Shown one piece after another: positions 1-10,462 of a stretch of 64,000 bases of DNA. Every line of letters starts with the position of its first letter. The first letter of the stretch is position 1. The notes beneath the pieces are model-generated. The model did not search any database. It saw only the letters and a list, made by a program, of their open reading frames with translations, and was not told where the DNA came from. Source of the stretch: Phycisphaeraceae bacterium (GTDB lineage Bacteria > Planctomycetota > Phycisphaerae > Phycisphaerales > Phycisphaeraceae); the NCBI GenBank assembly GCA_963674705.1, contig OY771506.1, positions 2,144,001 through 2,208,000 of the forward strand, in the 5' to 3' direction. The translations under genes were made by a program, and so were the position numbers.

Positions 1-77
1 GCCTCGGTAAGCGTTCACGCGAACACGGCTGAATACCTGCGAATCCACAAAGCTGTAAAACCAACATCATTGCTCTT

Positions 78-106
78 AACTCACGCCGACATGGCGTGAG
101 TTTTTT
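78..106 (+). terminator. Intrinsic terminator of an upstream gene
   Basis: AACTCACGCC-gacat-GGCGTGAGTT hairpin followed by a T-run. Confidence 0.75.
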
Positions 107-217
107 GTTGCAATCTATCTTTACATCCCGTCGGCACATCACTTGAATAGCTAAGATTAGTCGGTCAATTTGCATGGTAATCATGCTATGCTATCGCCCC
201 GTGATTGGAGATTGAGC

Positions 218-1213
218 ATGTTCAAGCACACGACAACGCTGCGTTGGTTTACCTGTTTTGCATGGATACTACTGATGACGATCAATACAACATCTCAGAG
301 CTTCGCATCCGAGACGGATGGCGATCCGCCGCCGGCAATCCTTGACGGCTTCACCGCCGACCCGGCGATCCGTGTCTTTGGTGATACGTATTACATCTAC
401 CCGACATCGGACAGGCCCAACTGGAACACCACCGAGTTCGCGGTCTGGTCCAGCAAGAACCTGATCGACTGGAAAAAGGAAGGGGTCTTCCTCGACATCT
501 CGAAGGACCTGGTCTGGGCGGATAATAAAGCCTGGGCCCCGGACTGCATCGAACGCAACGGCAAGTACTACTTCTACTTCTGCGCGAACCACAACATCGG
601 CGTCGCGATAGGAGACACGCCGGTCGGGCCGTTCAAGGACGCGCTGGGTAAGCCGCTTATTGATAACGAGAAGATCAGGACGTTCAGCATCGATCCTCAC
701 GTGTTGATTGATGATGACGGGCAGGCCTATCTTTACTTCGGCAACGGCATCCCGACGGTGTACAAGCTCAACGAAGACATGATCTCGTTTGACGGCCCGC
801 CAGTGGAGTTTGAATTGCGTGAGTTCCGCGAAGGCATCGTCGTATTCAAGCGTAAGGGCAAGTACTACTTCATGTGGTCGATCGACGATGCACGCAGCCC
901 GGATTACCGCGTAGGCTGGGGCGTGTCGGATTCGCCGTTCGGGCCGGTCCAGTCACCGGATGAAAACTTTATCGTGTTGCAAAAACACGGCGCAGCAGTC
1001 GCGACGGCCCATCACAGCGTGCTGAACATCCCCGGCACGGACCGCTGGTACGTCGCATACCACCGACACGCTATTCCCGACGGCAACGGCTACAAACGCC
1101 AGACGTGCCTGGTGCGGATGCAGTTCGATGAGAACGATACGATCAAGCCGATGGACCCGCTTTCGTTCCCTTTTAAGCCGGGCGATCCGGGAGAGCCGTT
1201 GAAGTCTGAATAA
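218..1213 (+). CDS. Glycoside hydrolase family 43 (beta-xylosidase/arabinofuranosidase-like), secreted
   Basis: ADP, WAPD, IDP and EG motifs typical of the GH43 five-bladed propeller; signal-like N-terminus; ATG 218 preferred over TTG 170. Confidence 0.85.
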   Translation: MFKHTTTLRWFTCFAWILLMTINTTSQSFASETDGDPPPAILDGFTADPAIRVFGDTYYIYPTSDRPNWNTTEFAVWSSKNLIDWKKEGVFLDISKDLVWADNKAWAPDCIERNGKYYFYFCANHNIGVAIGDTPVGPFKDALGKPLIDNEKIRTFSIDPHVLIDDDGQAYLYFGNGIPTVYKLNEDMISFDGPPVEFELREFREGIVVFKRKGKYYFMWSIDDARSPDYRVGWGVSDSPFGPVQSPDENFIVLQKHGAAVATAHHSVLNIPGTDRWYVAYHRHAIPDGNGYKRQTCLVRMQFDENDTIKPMDPLSFPFKPGDPGEPLKSE

Positions 1214-1413
1214 TTGACCGGGATTCCATCATGAAGCTCATAATCGACGCACAAGACAGCAAGCCCGGCACAGCTACAAATATCGAGATCGATTTAACCG
1301 GCGACATCCAGGTTGAAGCGCAAGCAGAAGCGGTCGTGCTTGCGGGGTAATCCACTTTCCGCTTTATATATGCGTTGTGAAGGAAAGTGTAACCAATCTA
1401 TTGATGTAAACAT

Positions 1414-3723
1414 TCATGGCACTTGGATACTGATTGCTTGTCCGTTATATGTGACTGTAGTGCCGATCTTGTCAGGCTGAATGCCTGTGCCCGATTGTTC
1501 ATCGACGAATACGATGTTGAAAGTATGTGTCTTCATCATGCCGGGGTAATGCCCCTGTCGCTCGCTAATACTTAATATGTTTTCAGTATCATCCCAGCCG
1601 AATGATATCGTCGCATAGATGCCATCTTCATAGTTGTAGGTGTCTCCCTCATCTTCGTACAGTTTGAATGTGCAATTAGCGCCACGATAGACGCGCAGCT
1701 CGATCGGGTCGGTTTTTTCTGTGGCGTATTGAACCAATGGACCGAAGGGTATGATTGCTCCAGCCGGAACGAATAATGGCAGCTTCTGGATGGGGGCGCC
1801 AGTCGAGATTGTTTGCCCGCCCGTATATTGTTTTCCGGTCCAGAAGTCATACCAGTCATTGCCTTTGGGCAGATAGACCTGTCTTGATGTCGCGCCTGCC
1901 TCGATCACCGGGCAGACCATGATGTTCGGGCCAAACATGAATTGATCGGCGATATCGTAGACTTTCGGATCTTCCCGGTAATCCATGACCAGGGGGCGCA
2001 TCATCGTGTAGTCATCATCCGTGACCATCCAGGAGACAGAATAGATGTAAGGCAGTAATCGATATCGCAGTTGGTCGAAGTCGATGAGAATCTTCTGTGT
2101 TGCCTGATCGAACTTCCAGACTTCTTTGCCTTTCCCCGTGCCGTGGATGCGAAACATCGGATTGAATGTGCTGAACTGGAACCAACGCGTAAAGAGTTCA
2201 GCATAAGCGGGGTCGGCCGGGTCGCCTCCGAAGAATCCACCGATATCGGTATTCCAGTAAGGTGTTCCCGTAGCGCAGAAGTTGAGCCCCGCGGGGATTT
2301 GTCTGGCATACGTAGGCCAGTCACCATGGATATCACCGGACCAGGTGATGACCGCGTTTCGCTGCTGGCCTGGATACGCGGAGCGTGCCAATATGAGAAC
2401 GCGCTTCTCGGGGATATCTTTACGCTGGCCTTCGTATGCGGCGCTGGCATGCATCAGAGGATAGGCGTTATAGACTTCGGGACCGGGGCCTGCGGCCGTC
2501 ATGACCTCCCGCATCTGACCCGGTGCTCCACCAAGTTCAGCTTCGCATCCATCCATCCACCAGCCGTCGAAACCTAGGACCGCCAGATTGTCACGGACCT
2601 GCTGCCAATACAGATCGCGTCCCGTTGGGCTATATGCGTCATACCATCGACCGACACCCTTGGGCCAGACGTTGTTGTATGTCTTGCGATACAGAGCTTT
2701 GGCCGCGTCCAGTTCAGCCAGGTTATTTGTATCAAGATCGAAACGGGGCCAGATGGAAATGATTACATGTGCATTGTTTGCATGGATTTCGTCAACCATG
2801 GCTTTAGGGTCGGGGAATCTTGCAGCCTCAAACGTGTGTGAGCCCCATTGGCCCGGTTCCCAGTATTGCCAGTCCTGGATCACGCAATCGAGCGGGATAT
2901 TCATTTCGCGGTATTGCTTCAGCACCTCGAGCAGTTCCTTCTGGCTTGCATAACGTTCCTTGCATTGCCAGAGTCCCCACGCCCACTTGCTGAACATCGG
3001 GGCTTTTCCCGTCAATTGACGGTAGCTCTTGACCGCGTCATCAAGGTCTGGTCCGTAGATGAAGTAATAGTCCACCTGATCACCAGCTTCGGATGACCAA
3101 TGCATGATCCCGGGATCGGTTTCACCGACATTTACGTCCGTTACAGCGGGATTATCCCAAAGCAGCATGTAGCCCTTCGAAGACATTGCAACCGGCATGG
3201 CAACCCAACCGTTCTTTTGTTGCAGGTGGGCCGTATGTCCGACATAGTTCATTGTGCCGTTCTGCATCTGTCCCAGGCCGTAGATCGCTTCACCGGGATC
3301 AAGTCTGAATGACTGACTACACATCCGGGTAGGCACATCACTTATGGTCGTTTCTTTGATTGTCGTACCATTGGCTGCTTCGCTGAACAACAATTGATTT
3401 TCATTATCCAGAATGCGTATCGATCCTGAAGCTTTATCGAGCTCGATATGTAACACTTCGGTTGCAAGCCGGATGGCATCATCCTGTTCCTCAACAGTGC
3501 AATCAACATGCTTTGGGGTACCGATCACTGACAGGCTACTTCGTGGATTTGAGACACTATTGGGCGTGTGTGTGATTCTGACAACATTTTCGCTCCATAC
3601 TTCTACCCGCGTAATATGTTTTTCCAGAGTGACTTGGGTAGCAGTGACATCAGTTCCAGCATTTGCTGTCATAACGTGGCCTGTCATAAAAAGTGCGGTC
3701 GCTAGATTTTTCAGGATTTGCAT
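1414..3723 (-). CDS. Glycoside hydrolase family 31 (alpha-xylosidase/alpha-glucosidase-like)
   Basis: DGWWMDGCE nucleophile region, WSGDI, YWNTDIGGF, ELFTRWFQF, RIHG, LYEDEGD; signal peptide from MQILKN. Confidence 0.9.
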   Translation of the reverse strand: MQILKNLATALFMTGHVMTANAGTDVTATQVTLEKHITRVEVWSENVVRITHTPNSVSNPRSSLSVIGTPKHVDCTVEEQDDAIRLATEVLHIELDKASGSIRILDNENQLLFSEAANGTTIKETTISDVPTRMCSQSFRLDPGEAIYGLGQMQNGTMNYVGHTAHLQQKNGWVAMPVAMSSKGYMLLWDNPAVTDVNVGETDPGIMHWSSEAGDQVDYYFIYGPDLDDAVKSYRQLTGKAPMFSKWAWGLWQCKERYASQKELLEVLKQYREMNIPLDCVIQDWQYWEPGQWGSHTFEAARFPDPKAMVDEIHANNAHVIISIWPRFDLDTNNLAELDAAKALYRKTYNNVWPKGVGRWYDAYSPTGRDLYWQQVRDNLAVLGFDGWWMDGCEAELGGAPGQMREVMTAAGPGPEVYNAYPLMHASAAYEGQRKDIPEKRVLILARSAYPGQQRNAVITWSGDIHGDWPTYARQIPAGLNFCATGTPYWNTDIGGFFGGDPADPAYAELFTRWFQFSTFNPMFRIHGTGKGKEVWKFDQATQKILIDFDQLRYRLLPYIYSVSWMVTDDDYTMMRPLVMDYREDPKVYDIADQFMFGPNIMVCPVIEAGATSRQVYLPKGNDWYDFWTGKQYTGGQTISTGAPIQKLPLFVPAGAIIPFGPLVQYATEKTDPIELRVYRGANCTFKLYEDEGDTYNYEDGIYATISFGWDDTENILSISERQGHYPGMMKTHTFNIVFVDEQSGTGIQPDKIGTTVTYNGQAISIQVP

Positions 3724-3823
3724 ATGTATTCCTTCCCTATAAATGCTATTGCAATCGACGTTACATTCAAGTGTTTGGGGATTGTTTTCAGTACAGCGAC
3801 AATTTCCCAGTTGCGGATACCAT

Positions 3824-4642
3824 ATGGCCATGCCTGATCGTCACGACATTACCAGTGCGGCGAATCCGCGTATCAAGTCGGCGGTCAAGCTGCGTCGATC
3901 GCGCGATCGGCGTAAAGCCGGGCTATTCCTGGCAGAGGGGCCGCGCGAGGTGGGGCGGGCGATGCAGGCGGGACTGGATGTGCTTGAAGTCTTCCATTGC
4001 CCCGCGCTCAGCGATAAAGATCTTGTTGGCAAGGTGCTGGAGCAATGCCCTGTGCAAACGGCCGTATTCAGTGTCCCTGAAGGGCTCTTGAAGATGCTGG
4101 CGTACCGGGATGAGCCGGAGGGGATCATCGCAGTGGTGCGTCAGCCGGTCTGGACGCTGGATGATCTGTTGCCTGTCGGGCCCGACGATCTTTATCTGGT
4201 GGCCGTCGGAACCGCCAAACCCGGGAATCTCGGCGCGATGGCGCGTTCGGCAGAAGCAGCGGGCTGCAAGGCGGTGTTGGCGTGCGGAACACCTGTGGAT
4301 GTCTTTAATCCGAACGCGATCCGCGCATCGACATGTGCGGTGTATACCTTGCCGATCGTGAATGCCGAAACGGAAGCAGCAATCGCCTATCTGAAAAAAC
4401 ACGGCGTCACAATCGCCGCGACGACACCAAACACAGATCGATCCATGTTTTACACAAACACTGATCTAACCGGGCCGATCGCGCTCATCATCGGGCCGGA
4501 GGATACAGGTCTGGATGATGCCTGGCTGGATGGCGCGGATAAGTGTCTGTCGATCCCGACACTTGGCAAAACGGTTGATTCACTGAATGCAGCGAATGCC
4601 GCGGCCGTCGTACTATTTGAAGCCGTGCGACAACGCTCGTGA
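3824..4642 (+). CDS. TrmH/SpoU-family RNA 2'-O-methyltransferase
   Basis: ITSAANPRIK N-terminus, PGNLGAMARSA, IGPEDTGL, DSLNAA SPOUT motifs. Confidence 0.9.
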   Translation: MAMPDRHDITSAANPRIKSAVKLRRSRDRRKAGLFLAEGPREVGRAMQAGLDVLEVFHCPALSDKDLVGKVLEQCPVQTAVFSVPEGLLKMLAYRDEPEGIIAVVRQPVWTLDDLLPVGPDDLYLVAVGTAKPGNLGAMARSAEAAGCKAVLACGTPVDVFNPNAIRASTCAVYTLPIVNAETEAAIAYLKKHGVTIAATTPNTDRSMFYTNTDLTGPIALIIGPEDTGLDDAWLDGADKCLSIPTLGKTVDSLNAANAAAVVLFEAVRQRS

Positions 4643-4648
4643 TGAGGA

Positions 4649-4817
4649 TTCACCGCAGAGATCGCTGAGGACGCAGAGCAAGGCCGAGCCGGCTACACAG
4701 TCACCTCAACAGCAAATGAAGATATTCAACTCAGTACATTCTTAATCTGTATCATCTGCACAATCTGCGGATACTTCTTGTTGACTTCTCTGCGCCCTCT
4801 GCGATCTCTGCGGTGAA
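4649..4817. repeat. Inverted-repeat element with CAGAG-periodic arms
   Basis: Arms 4649-4678 and 4788-4817 are 28/30 complementary; internal ATCTG-periodic tract at 4745-4772. Confidence 0.85.
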
Positions 4818-4886
4818 ATTTGTCTTCACAGCTTGTTCAGTACGTCGTTGCGGGCTAAAGTGATGTTCAGCTCGGCACGTGGGTAG

Positions 4887-5459
4887 ATGGGTGCCGAGGA
4901 TACCCGGCCAAGGCCCGATGGGTCATGTCCGGGCTTTTGGCGGCAATCAATTGATTATCTACGGAACTTTAAACGAGCGAGTGTGCAAGTGTTTCAGGGT
5001 CTGATCGAAGCGGTGTCTGAACGTCTCAAGCGGGCGGATGTTTTTGAGGATGTGCAATGCAATCATGATGGATTGTGTTGCCACGCCCGTGATGTTGAGA
5101 GCGAAGCCTGCTATCAACTGCTGCCGGACGCGAATGATCCCGCAAAGGTCTGGGTGGGTTTGTATACAGCGGACCGTTGGCTAAGCGAATCCATCGAGGC
5201 GGACCTCCTGCACAGCGGCGACAAGATGGAAGATCTGCTGGATGAGGAACTGGTCGAGCTTGGGTATGACAAGGGCCCCTTGCCGATCGAGCACTTCCGC
5301 GACGATGCCAAGCAGTACGTGTTCCGTACAGCCCTGAAAATCGGCCCCGGCGATCGCCCGGCGCAAACCGACATCGACCAGGTCCTCAAGGTCATGCTGG
5401 CCTATGAGGCCTGCTTCCGCCAGCTGGGCGATATGAGCGAGTCGGACGATCTGGGCTGA
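4887..5459 (+). CDS. Conserved-looking acidic hypothetical protein (true start possibly GTG 4983)
   Basis: Open frame with genome-like codon usage; no motif recognised. Confidence 0.6.
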   Translation: MGAEDTRPRPDGSCPGFWRQSIDYLRNFKRASVQVFQGLIEAVSERLKRADVFEDVQCNHDGLCCHARDVESEACYQLLPDANDPAKVWVGLYTADRWLSESIEADLLHSGDKMEDLLDEELVELGYDKGPLPIEHFRDDAKQYVFRTALKIGPGDRPAQTDIDQVLKVMLAYEACFRQLGDMSESDDLG

Positions 5460-5639
5460 CAAGTCACAATCCGGTCTGCCGGTCGTTAAAAAAACATGCC
5501 GGATTGGAAAATTCCGCCCTGCGCGGTATCTTCATAGCTCGGCTCATGTCCCATCTTTCCTTAGGTTTGTGATCAGGGGACCAAGCGGGCCAGAACGTGC
5601 CGACAGCCCCAGTTTCAGGGCGGCAACGGAGTGCACACC

Positions 5640-7040
5640 ATGCGAGTCCTCATGTTGGGTTGGGAATTCCCGCCCTTTATCACCGGCGGATTAGGTACGG
5701 CCTGTTACGGGCTGACCAAGGCGCTGAGCAGGCGTCACACCGATATCACCTTCGTCTTGCCTAAGACGGTCGACGGAGAGTTTCAGCAGGATACACATGT
5801 TCGTTTGCTGTCCCAGCAGTCGCCTTCAGCCGCGATGGGTGATCGGTCACCTGAGGCCGTCGCCAGTACTTATGCCTATGAGCCGCCTCTTGCCGAAACC
5901 GAGACCAAGGCCTTTGAGCACGTGACATTCAAAGCCGTCCCCGCCCGCTTCAAACACCCCTATCCCGGCGGGATGGAATTCATCAGCGAAACCACGACGA
6001 TCCACCAGCAGGTCCCCGCTCGCCCGGACTTCAACCGCCCGATGGGTGTACTTCAGGCCTGTGATCTGCACCGCCATGGCCCGATGTCCACCCCCGGCGA
6101 TTACAGCGGCGACCTGGTCAGCGAGTCCCGCCGCTATGCCGCTTTGTGTATTGATCTGGCACAGGGTGAAGAATTTGATGTGATCCATGCACACGACTGG
6201 CTTACCTTCCCTGCCGGAATGGCAGTTGCCGCGGTGCATGGTAAACCCTTGGTTGTTCATGTGCACTCGACCGAGTTCGACCGTTCCGGCGAGCTTGTCC
6301 ATCAGCCGATCTATGACGTGGAACGCCGGGGGCTGCACGCGGCGATGCGCGTCATCGCGGTCAGTCACCTGACCAAATCCATCCTCGAAACGCGCTACAG
6401 CGTGGACCCCAGCAAGATCGAGGTGGTCTACAACGGGATCGAAAACGGCGAACCGATGCAGGCCCAGACGCCTGAGCGGATGAGCATCGAGAAGGGGGAC
6501 AAGGTCGTACTCTTCCTCGGGCGCATCACCATGCAGAAGGGCCCGGAGGTCTTTATCGCCGCGGCCAAGAAGGTGCTGCAGAAGTACGACAAGGTGAAGT
6601 TTATCATGGCCGGGTCCGGCGATAAGGTCCGGGACGTGATCGAGCTGGCCGCCCGTGAGGGGATCGGCCACAAGGTGACATTCACCGGGTTTGTCCGCGG
6701 TGACGATGTATCACGCATCTTCAAACTGGCGGACGTATTCGTGATGCCCAGCGTGTCCGAGCCGTTCGGCATCGCATCCCTCGAAGCGGTCAGCCATGAC
6801 GTGCCGGTGATCATGTCCAAGACATCCGGCGCCAGCGAGGTGCTCAAGCACACGCTCAAGGTCGACTTCTGGGATGTCGATGAGATCGCGAACAAGATTA
6901 TCGCGGTGCTCAAGCATAAATCGCTCAGCGAGGAACTGAAAACGAACGCGGATATCGAACTCCGCAAGCTCACATGGGACGGCGCGGCACAGAAGTGCAT
7001 GGAGGTCTACCAGGCGGCGATCGCCTCGATGCCGACGTGA
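5640..7040 (+). CDS. Glycosyltransferase family 4 (glycogen-synthase-like)
   Basis: MLGWEFPPFITGGLG, IHAHDWLT, LFLGRITMQKG, PSVSEPFGIASLEA. Confidence 0.9.
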   Translation: MRVLMLGWEFPPFITGGLGTACYGLTKALSRRHTDITFVLPKTVDGEFQQDTHVRLLSQQSPSAAMGDRSPEAVASTYAYEPPLAETETKAFEHVTFKAVPARFKHPYPGGMEFISETTTIHQQVPARPDFNRPMGVLQACDLHRHGPMSTPGDYSGDLVSESRRYAALCIDLAQGEEFDVIHAHDWLTFPAGMAVAAVHGKPLVVHVHSTEFDRSGELVHQPIYDVERRGLHAAMRVIAVSHLTKSILETRYSVDPSKIEVVYNGIENGEPMQAQTPERMSIEKGDKVVLFLGRITMQKGPEVFIAAAKKVLQKYDKVKFIMAGSGDKVRDVIELAAREGIGHKVTFTGFVRGDDVSRIFKLADVFVMPSVSEPFGIASLEAVSHDVPVIMSKTSGASEVLKHTLKVDFWDVDEIANKIIAVLKHKSLSEELKTNADIELRKLTWDGAAQKCMEVYQAAIASMPT

Positions 7041-7078
7041 GTGGGGGTAAGTAAATCAGTCAATGGGAAAGGAGTCCC

Positions 7079-7612
7079 ATGAAACTTACACGCCGACAGT
7101 TCGCACAATCGGTGGGTACGACGTTCGCCCTGACGGTTCTGGGATGTTCGGATGATGACGGCAGCGCCGCGACGGGCGGGTATGGGCGAGGCAAGCTGGT
7201 ATTGCCCGATAAGCCTTTCCGTGTCGGACACCCCGAGAAGTATCGCGACTCGGGGGTCTATGAGGATTACCGCCGGTCACACGGGGTCTGGCTGGTGTCC
7301 AACGGCAAAAATCTGGTCGCCCTGTCCGCGGTATGCACCCACAACGGCTGCGGCACACGCTTCGATTCGATGAGCCAGGTCTTCAAGTGCCCTTGCCACA
7401 GCTCTACATTTACAACCGATGGGATCAACCGCTCCGGCAGCAGGGCCGAACGCCCGCTTGAGCGATGCATGATCACGCTGAAGGGCGACCCGGGTGACCC
7501 GGGGGCCGAACTGGAAGTCAATCCAACCAAGCTGTACCGGCAGGATGACAAAAACCCGATCTCCGGCCGCAACTGGTCCAGCCCGTACTGCATCTACATC
7601 TTCGAGCAGTAG
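7079..7612 (+). CDS. Rieske [2Fe-2S] protein with Tat/lipoprotein-like signal
   Basis: CTHNGC and CPCHSS Rieske boxes; TRRQF twin-arginine; LGC lipobox-like. Confidence 0.9.
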   Translation: MKLTRRQFAQSVGTTFALTVLGCSDDDGSAATGGYGRGKLVLPDKPFRVGHPEKYRDSGVYEDYRRSHGVWLVSNGKNLVALSAVCTHNGCGTRFDSMSQVFKCPCHSSTFTTDGINRSGSRAERPLERCMITLKGDPGDPGAELEVNPTKLYRQDDKNPISGRNWSSPYCIYIFEQ

Positions 7613-7628
7613 CCGGCAAGCTGACCGG

Positions 7629-8429
7629 CTATTGCGCCATCTCGTAGAGCAGCAGCAGGATCTCGATCACGATCAAGATGACGATGTACCACTCGACGCG
7701 GAGCGTGCGCGCGTTTTCGATCAGCCCGACGACGGTTTCAGTCGTCTGCGAAACAAGGGATAGTTTCCGTTCGAGCGCGATCTTGCGCTCGTGGATTTCG
7801 AACTCCTCAGTGAGTATCGCATGAAGTCGTTCGAGGTCCGGCCGTTCCCAGAGGATGTCGGGTTTATCGTCGACCTCGACGCGTCCGATCATTTCGTGCT
7901 GGATCAGCAGGACATTGCCCAGATGTTTTTGCAGTTTGCCGACCTTGCCGCCCCCGTGCCCGGTCCGGGCGAGATCGCTGGCAAACGGCTCGATACGGTC
8001 GAACGCCTCCTGCGTTTGTGATTCATACCCCGCCAATGCGACGCTTTTTCCGAGTACATCCGCGATAACCTGAAGTCTTTCCACCGACCCGTTATGAACG
8101 TTCAACGCCTCGCCATCGATCCCTTCGCGTGTTCCGCTGTCGACGCGGATGTGCAGAACCTCCGATTCTTCCTGTTCTGCGGGTTTGCGAACGAGCGGGC
8201 GGATTTCGACCAGGAATTGTTCAGCCGAGTCGTGGTCACAGTCAAAGAATACGACCACGCCATATCGCAACAGCACCGCGACGCCATGATCGCCGATGCG
8301 GACGGCCAACGGCCCGGAACCCAGACGGTCTTTGGTGGGGACCGAACGCAAGCCGATATAGTCGCCAACGCGTACAGCGCGTGCGGTAAATTCGTTTGTG
8401 TTCACTTCGTTGGTTGCGTGCGTAGACAT
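7629..8429 (-). CDS. RMD1/DUF155-family protein
   Basis: YGVVVF, DKPDILWERPDLERLH, EFEIHER, RVEWYIVILIVIEI C-terminal TM. Confidence 0.8.
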   Translation of the reverse strand: MSTHATNEVNTNEFTARAVRVGDYIGLRSVPTKDRLGSGPLAVRIGDHGVAVLLRYGVVVFFDCDHDSAEQFLVEIRPLVRKPAEQEESEVLHIRVDSGTREGIDGEALNVHNGSVERLQVIADVLGKSVALAGYESQTQEAFDRIEPFASDLARTGHGGGKVGKLQKHLGNVLLIQHEMIGRVEVDDKPDILWERPDLERLHAILTEEFEIHERKIALERKLSLVSQTTETVVGLIENARTLRVEWYIVILIVIEILLLLYEMAQ

Positions 8430-8459
8430 GACAACTGATTCTACCCACGAACAACAGAT

Positions 8460-8494
8460 AAAAAAACAGAGCCCACGCGTGGCGCGTCGTGGGC
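8460..8494 (-). terminator. Intrinsic terminator downstream of purC
   Basis: GCCCACG...CGTGGGC stem followed by a T-run on the minus strand. Confidence 0.65.
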
Positions 8495-8557
8495 CCTTTG
8501 TTTAATCGGTCCGCCCTGAGGCGCCGATTGGTTTATTTAGTTGTGACTGACCTTGTT

Positions 8558-9514
8558 CTATGCTCCGACGTACTTCGGTTCGCCGCCGGTCAGTGCTTTA
8601 TACGCTTGAAGATACTTTGTCAGCGTGTTGTTGACAACCTCTTGTGGCAGTTCCGGTCCGGGTGGCATTTTATCCCATCGGCCTTCATCCACCAAGTCTT
8701 GAAGATAATTTCGAACATACTGTTTATCAAAGCTCGGTTGGTCCTGTCCGGGTTTGTATTGATCGGCAGGCCAGAAGCGCGAACTATCGGGTGTTAACGC
8801 TTCATCAATCAGGATCGGTTTGTCATTGTTATCGACCGGTAAACCGAACTCAAACTTCGTGTCCGCGAGGATGATGCCGCGCTGCTGCGCGTAATCGTGC
8901 GCCATGTTGTAGATGTTGATGGATAAGGCTCTTAGGTTCGTCATCAATGACTCGCCAACCAGTTCACAGGCGCGCTGGAAACTGATATTTTCATCGTGCC
9001 CTTCATCTTCCTTGGTCGCGGGAGTAAAGATAGGCTCCGGCAGCTTATCACACTGCGTTAAACCCTCAGGCAGTTTGATGCCGCAAACGGATTGGGTTTT
9101 TTGATATTCCTTCCAACCTGAACCCGCCAGGTAACCACGTACAACACACTCGATGGGCACGACCTTACACTTGCGGCCGATCATGACGCGGCCTTGCAGT
9201 TGCTCAACCTGTTGCGAGCTAAGCCCTTGCACGTCGGCAGGATCGGTGGAGATCAAATGATGCTCCAGCTTGTCGCCGAAGTGTTTCTTGATCATGTCGA
9301 ACCAGAAAGTGCTGATCTGTGTCAACACTGCGCCTTTGCCCGGGATGCCGTTCGCCATCACCACATCAAACGCCGAGACACGGTCGCTTGCGATGATCAG
9401 CAAGGCATCTGTGCCGGTCTTGGTTTTACATTGATAAATATCGCGGACCTTACCTTGCCGGCGTCCTTCAAGGGGGAGTTCTGTCTTGAGTAGGGCGTCA
9501 TTCATGGTCTGCAT
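8558..9514 (-). CDS. purC: SAICAR synthetase
   Basis: GKVRDIY, SDRVSAFD, PIECVVRGYLAGSGW, ILADTKFEFG, DEALTPDSSRFW. Confidence 0.95.
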   Translation of the reverse strand: MQTMNDALLKTELPLEGRRQGKVRDIYQCKTKTGTDALLIIASDRVSAFDVVMANGIPGKGAVLTQISTFWFDMIKKHFGDKLEHHLISTDPADVQGLSSQQVEQLQGRVMIGRKCKVVPIECVVRGYLAGSGWKEYQKTQSVCGIKLPEGLTQCDKLPEPIFTPATKEDEGHDENISFQRACELVGESLMTNLRALSINIYNMAHDYAQQRGIILADTKFEFGLPVDNNDKPILIDEALTPDSSRFWPADQYKPGQDQPSFDKQYVRNYLQDLVDEGRWDKMPPGPELPQEVVNNTLTKYLQAYKALTGGEPKYVGA

Positions 9515-9697
9515 CCTTTGGGTGTCTCCGGGTGCTGCGGGGTTTAAGGGGGATTGTGGTAATTGCAGGGGATGATAGCGACCCAATCAGGTTGATGTAA
9601 GTCGGAATCGCAATAATGATCGTGGATAACCTGTCGGTAACGAAGGGGCAGTTGGATAGACCTTCCCCACGAAAGGTGAACTTGCTTGAAAGATGAA

Positions 9698-9727
9698 TTC
9701 ACCGCAGAGAGCGCAGAGGACACAGAG
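9698..9727 (+). repeat. Solo arm of the CAGAG inverted-repeat family
   Basis: TTCACCGCAGAGAGCGCAGAGGACACAGAG closely matches the arm at 4649-4678. Confidence 0.75.
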
Positions 9728-9814
9728 AAGAGACCCGGGTGCGGCGTGCCGGCCTAACGGGGACCGGCTTGTCCGCTGATCGGGTTGTTCGGTTCTTTAT
9801 TGAAAAACCCATTT

Positions 9815-9835
9815 ATACTTGTTGACACAACTAAT
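9815..9835. promoter_or_regulatory. Putative MarR operator 1
   Basis: ATACTTGTTGACACAACTAAT, imperfect palindrome containing TTGACA; 19/21 identical to 10428-10448. Confidence 0.6.
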
Positions 9836-9908
9836 GTTGTAACGTATATTACCGATAGTGAACCTAAGCCCATGAATAAGCCGGGGCGGGCAACGAAGGA
9901 TACGAACC

Positions 9909-10388
9909 ATGACTTTGTCCTTGCTGCAACGCGAAATCAAGCAGAAGCGGCCGTTCGCCTCGCCCGAGGTGGAGGCGTACTTGAACATGGCCCGGACGTT
10001 CGGCCTGCTGGCGTGCGGCATCGAACGGTTCTTCAAGGACTACGGCGTTTCGGCGGCAGGATACAACGTGCTGCGGATCCTTAACGGCGCCAAACGCGAA
10101 GGGGACGATGCACTGCCGACGCTCGAAGTCGCCCAACGCCTGGTCAGCCCGGTCCCGGATGTGACGCGCCTGATCGATCGGCTCGAGCGCGATGGTTTTG
10201 TCACCCGCTTACGCAGCGATGAAGATCGGCGTGTGGTGTATGTGGCGATCACCACGCAGGCTCAGACGCTGCTCCGCAAGATGCAAAAACCTCTGGCAGA
10301 GCATCACAAAGCAAACCTCGGCCACATGAGCAAGGCTGAACTCAAGGAACTGACCCGTTTATTGGAAAAGGCCCGATCGGCACAGTAA
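9909..10388 (+). CDS. MarR-family transcriptional regulator
   Basis: YNVLRIL, PDVTRLIDRLERDGFVTR, DRRVVYVAIT winged-helix motifs. Confidence 0.92.
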   Translation: MTLSLLQREIKQKRPFASPEVEAYLNMARTFGLLACGIERFFKDYGVSAAGYNVLRILNGAKREGDDALPTLEVAQRLVSPVPDVTRLIDRLERDGFVTRLRSDEDRRVVYVAITTQAQTLLRKMQKPLAEHHKANLGHMSKAELKELTRLLEKARSAQ

Positions 10389-10427
10389 TCGCCAACGATC
10401 TCGGCCCGTAGGAACAACTGGACCTAA

Positions 10428-10448
10428 ATACTTGTTTAAACAACTAAT
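10428..10448. promoter_or_regulatory. Putative MarR operator 2
   Basis: ATACTTGTTTAAACAACTAAT just upstream of the doxX-like gene. Confidence 0.6.
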
Positions 10449-10462
10449 TGAAAGGGCGGATA

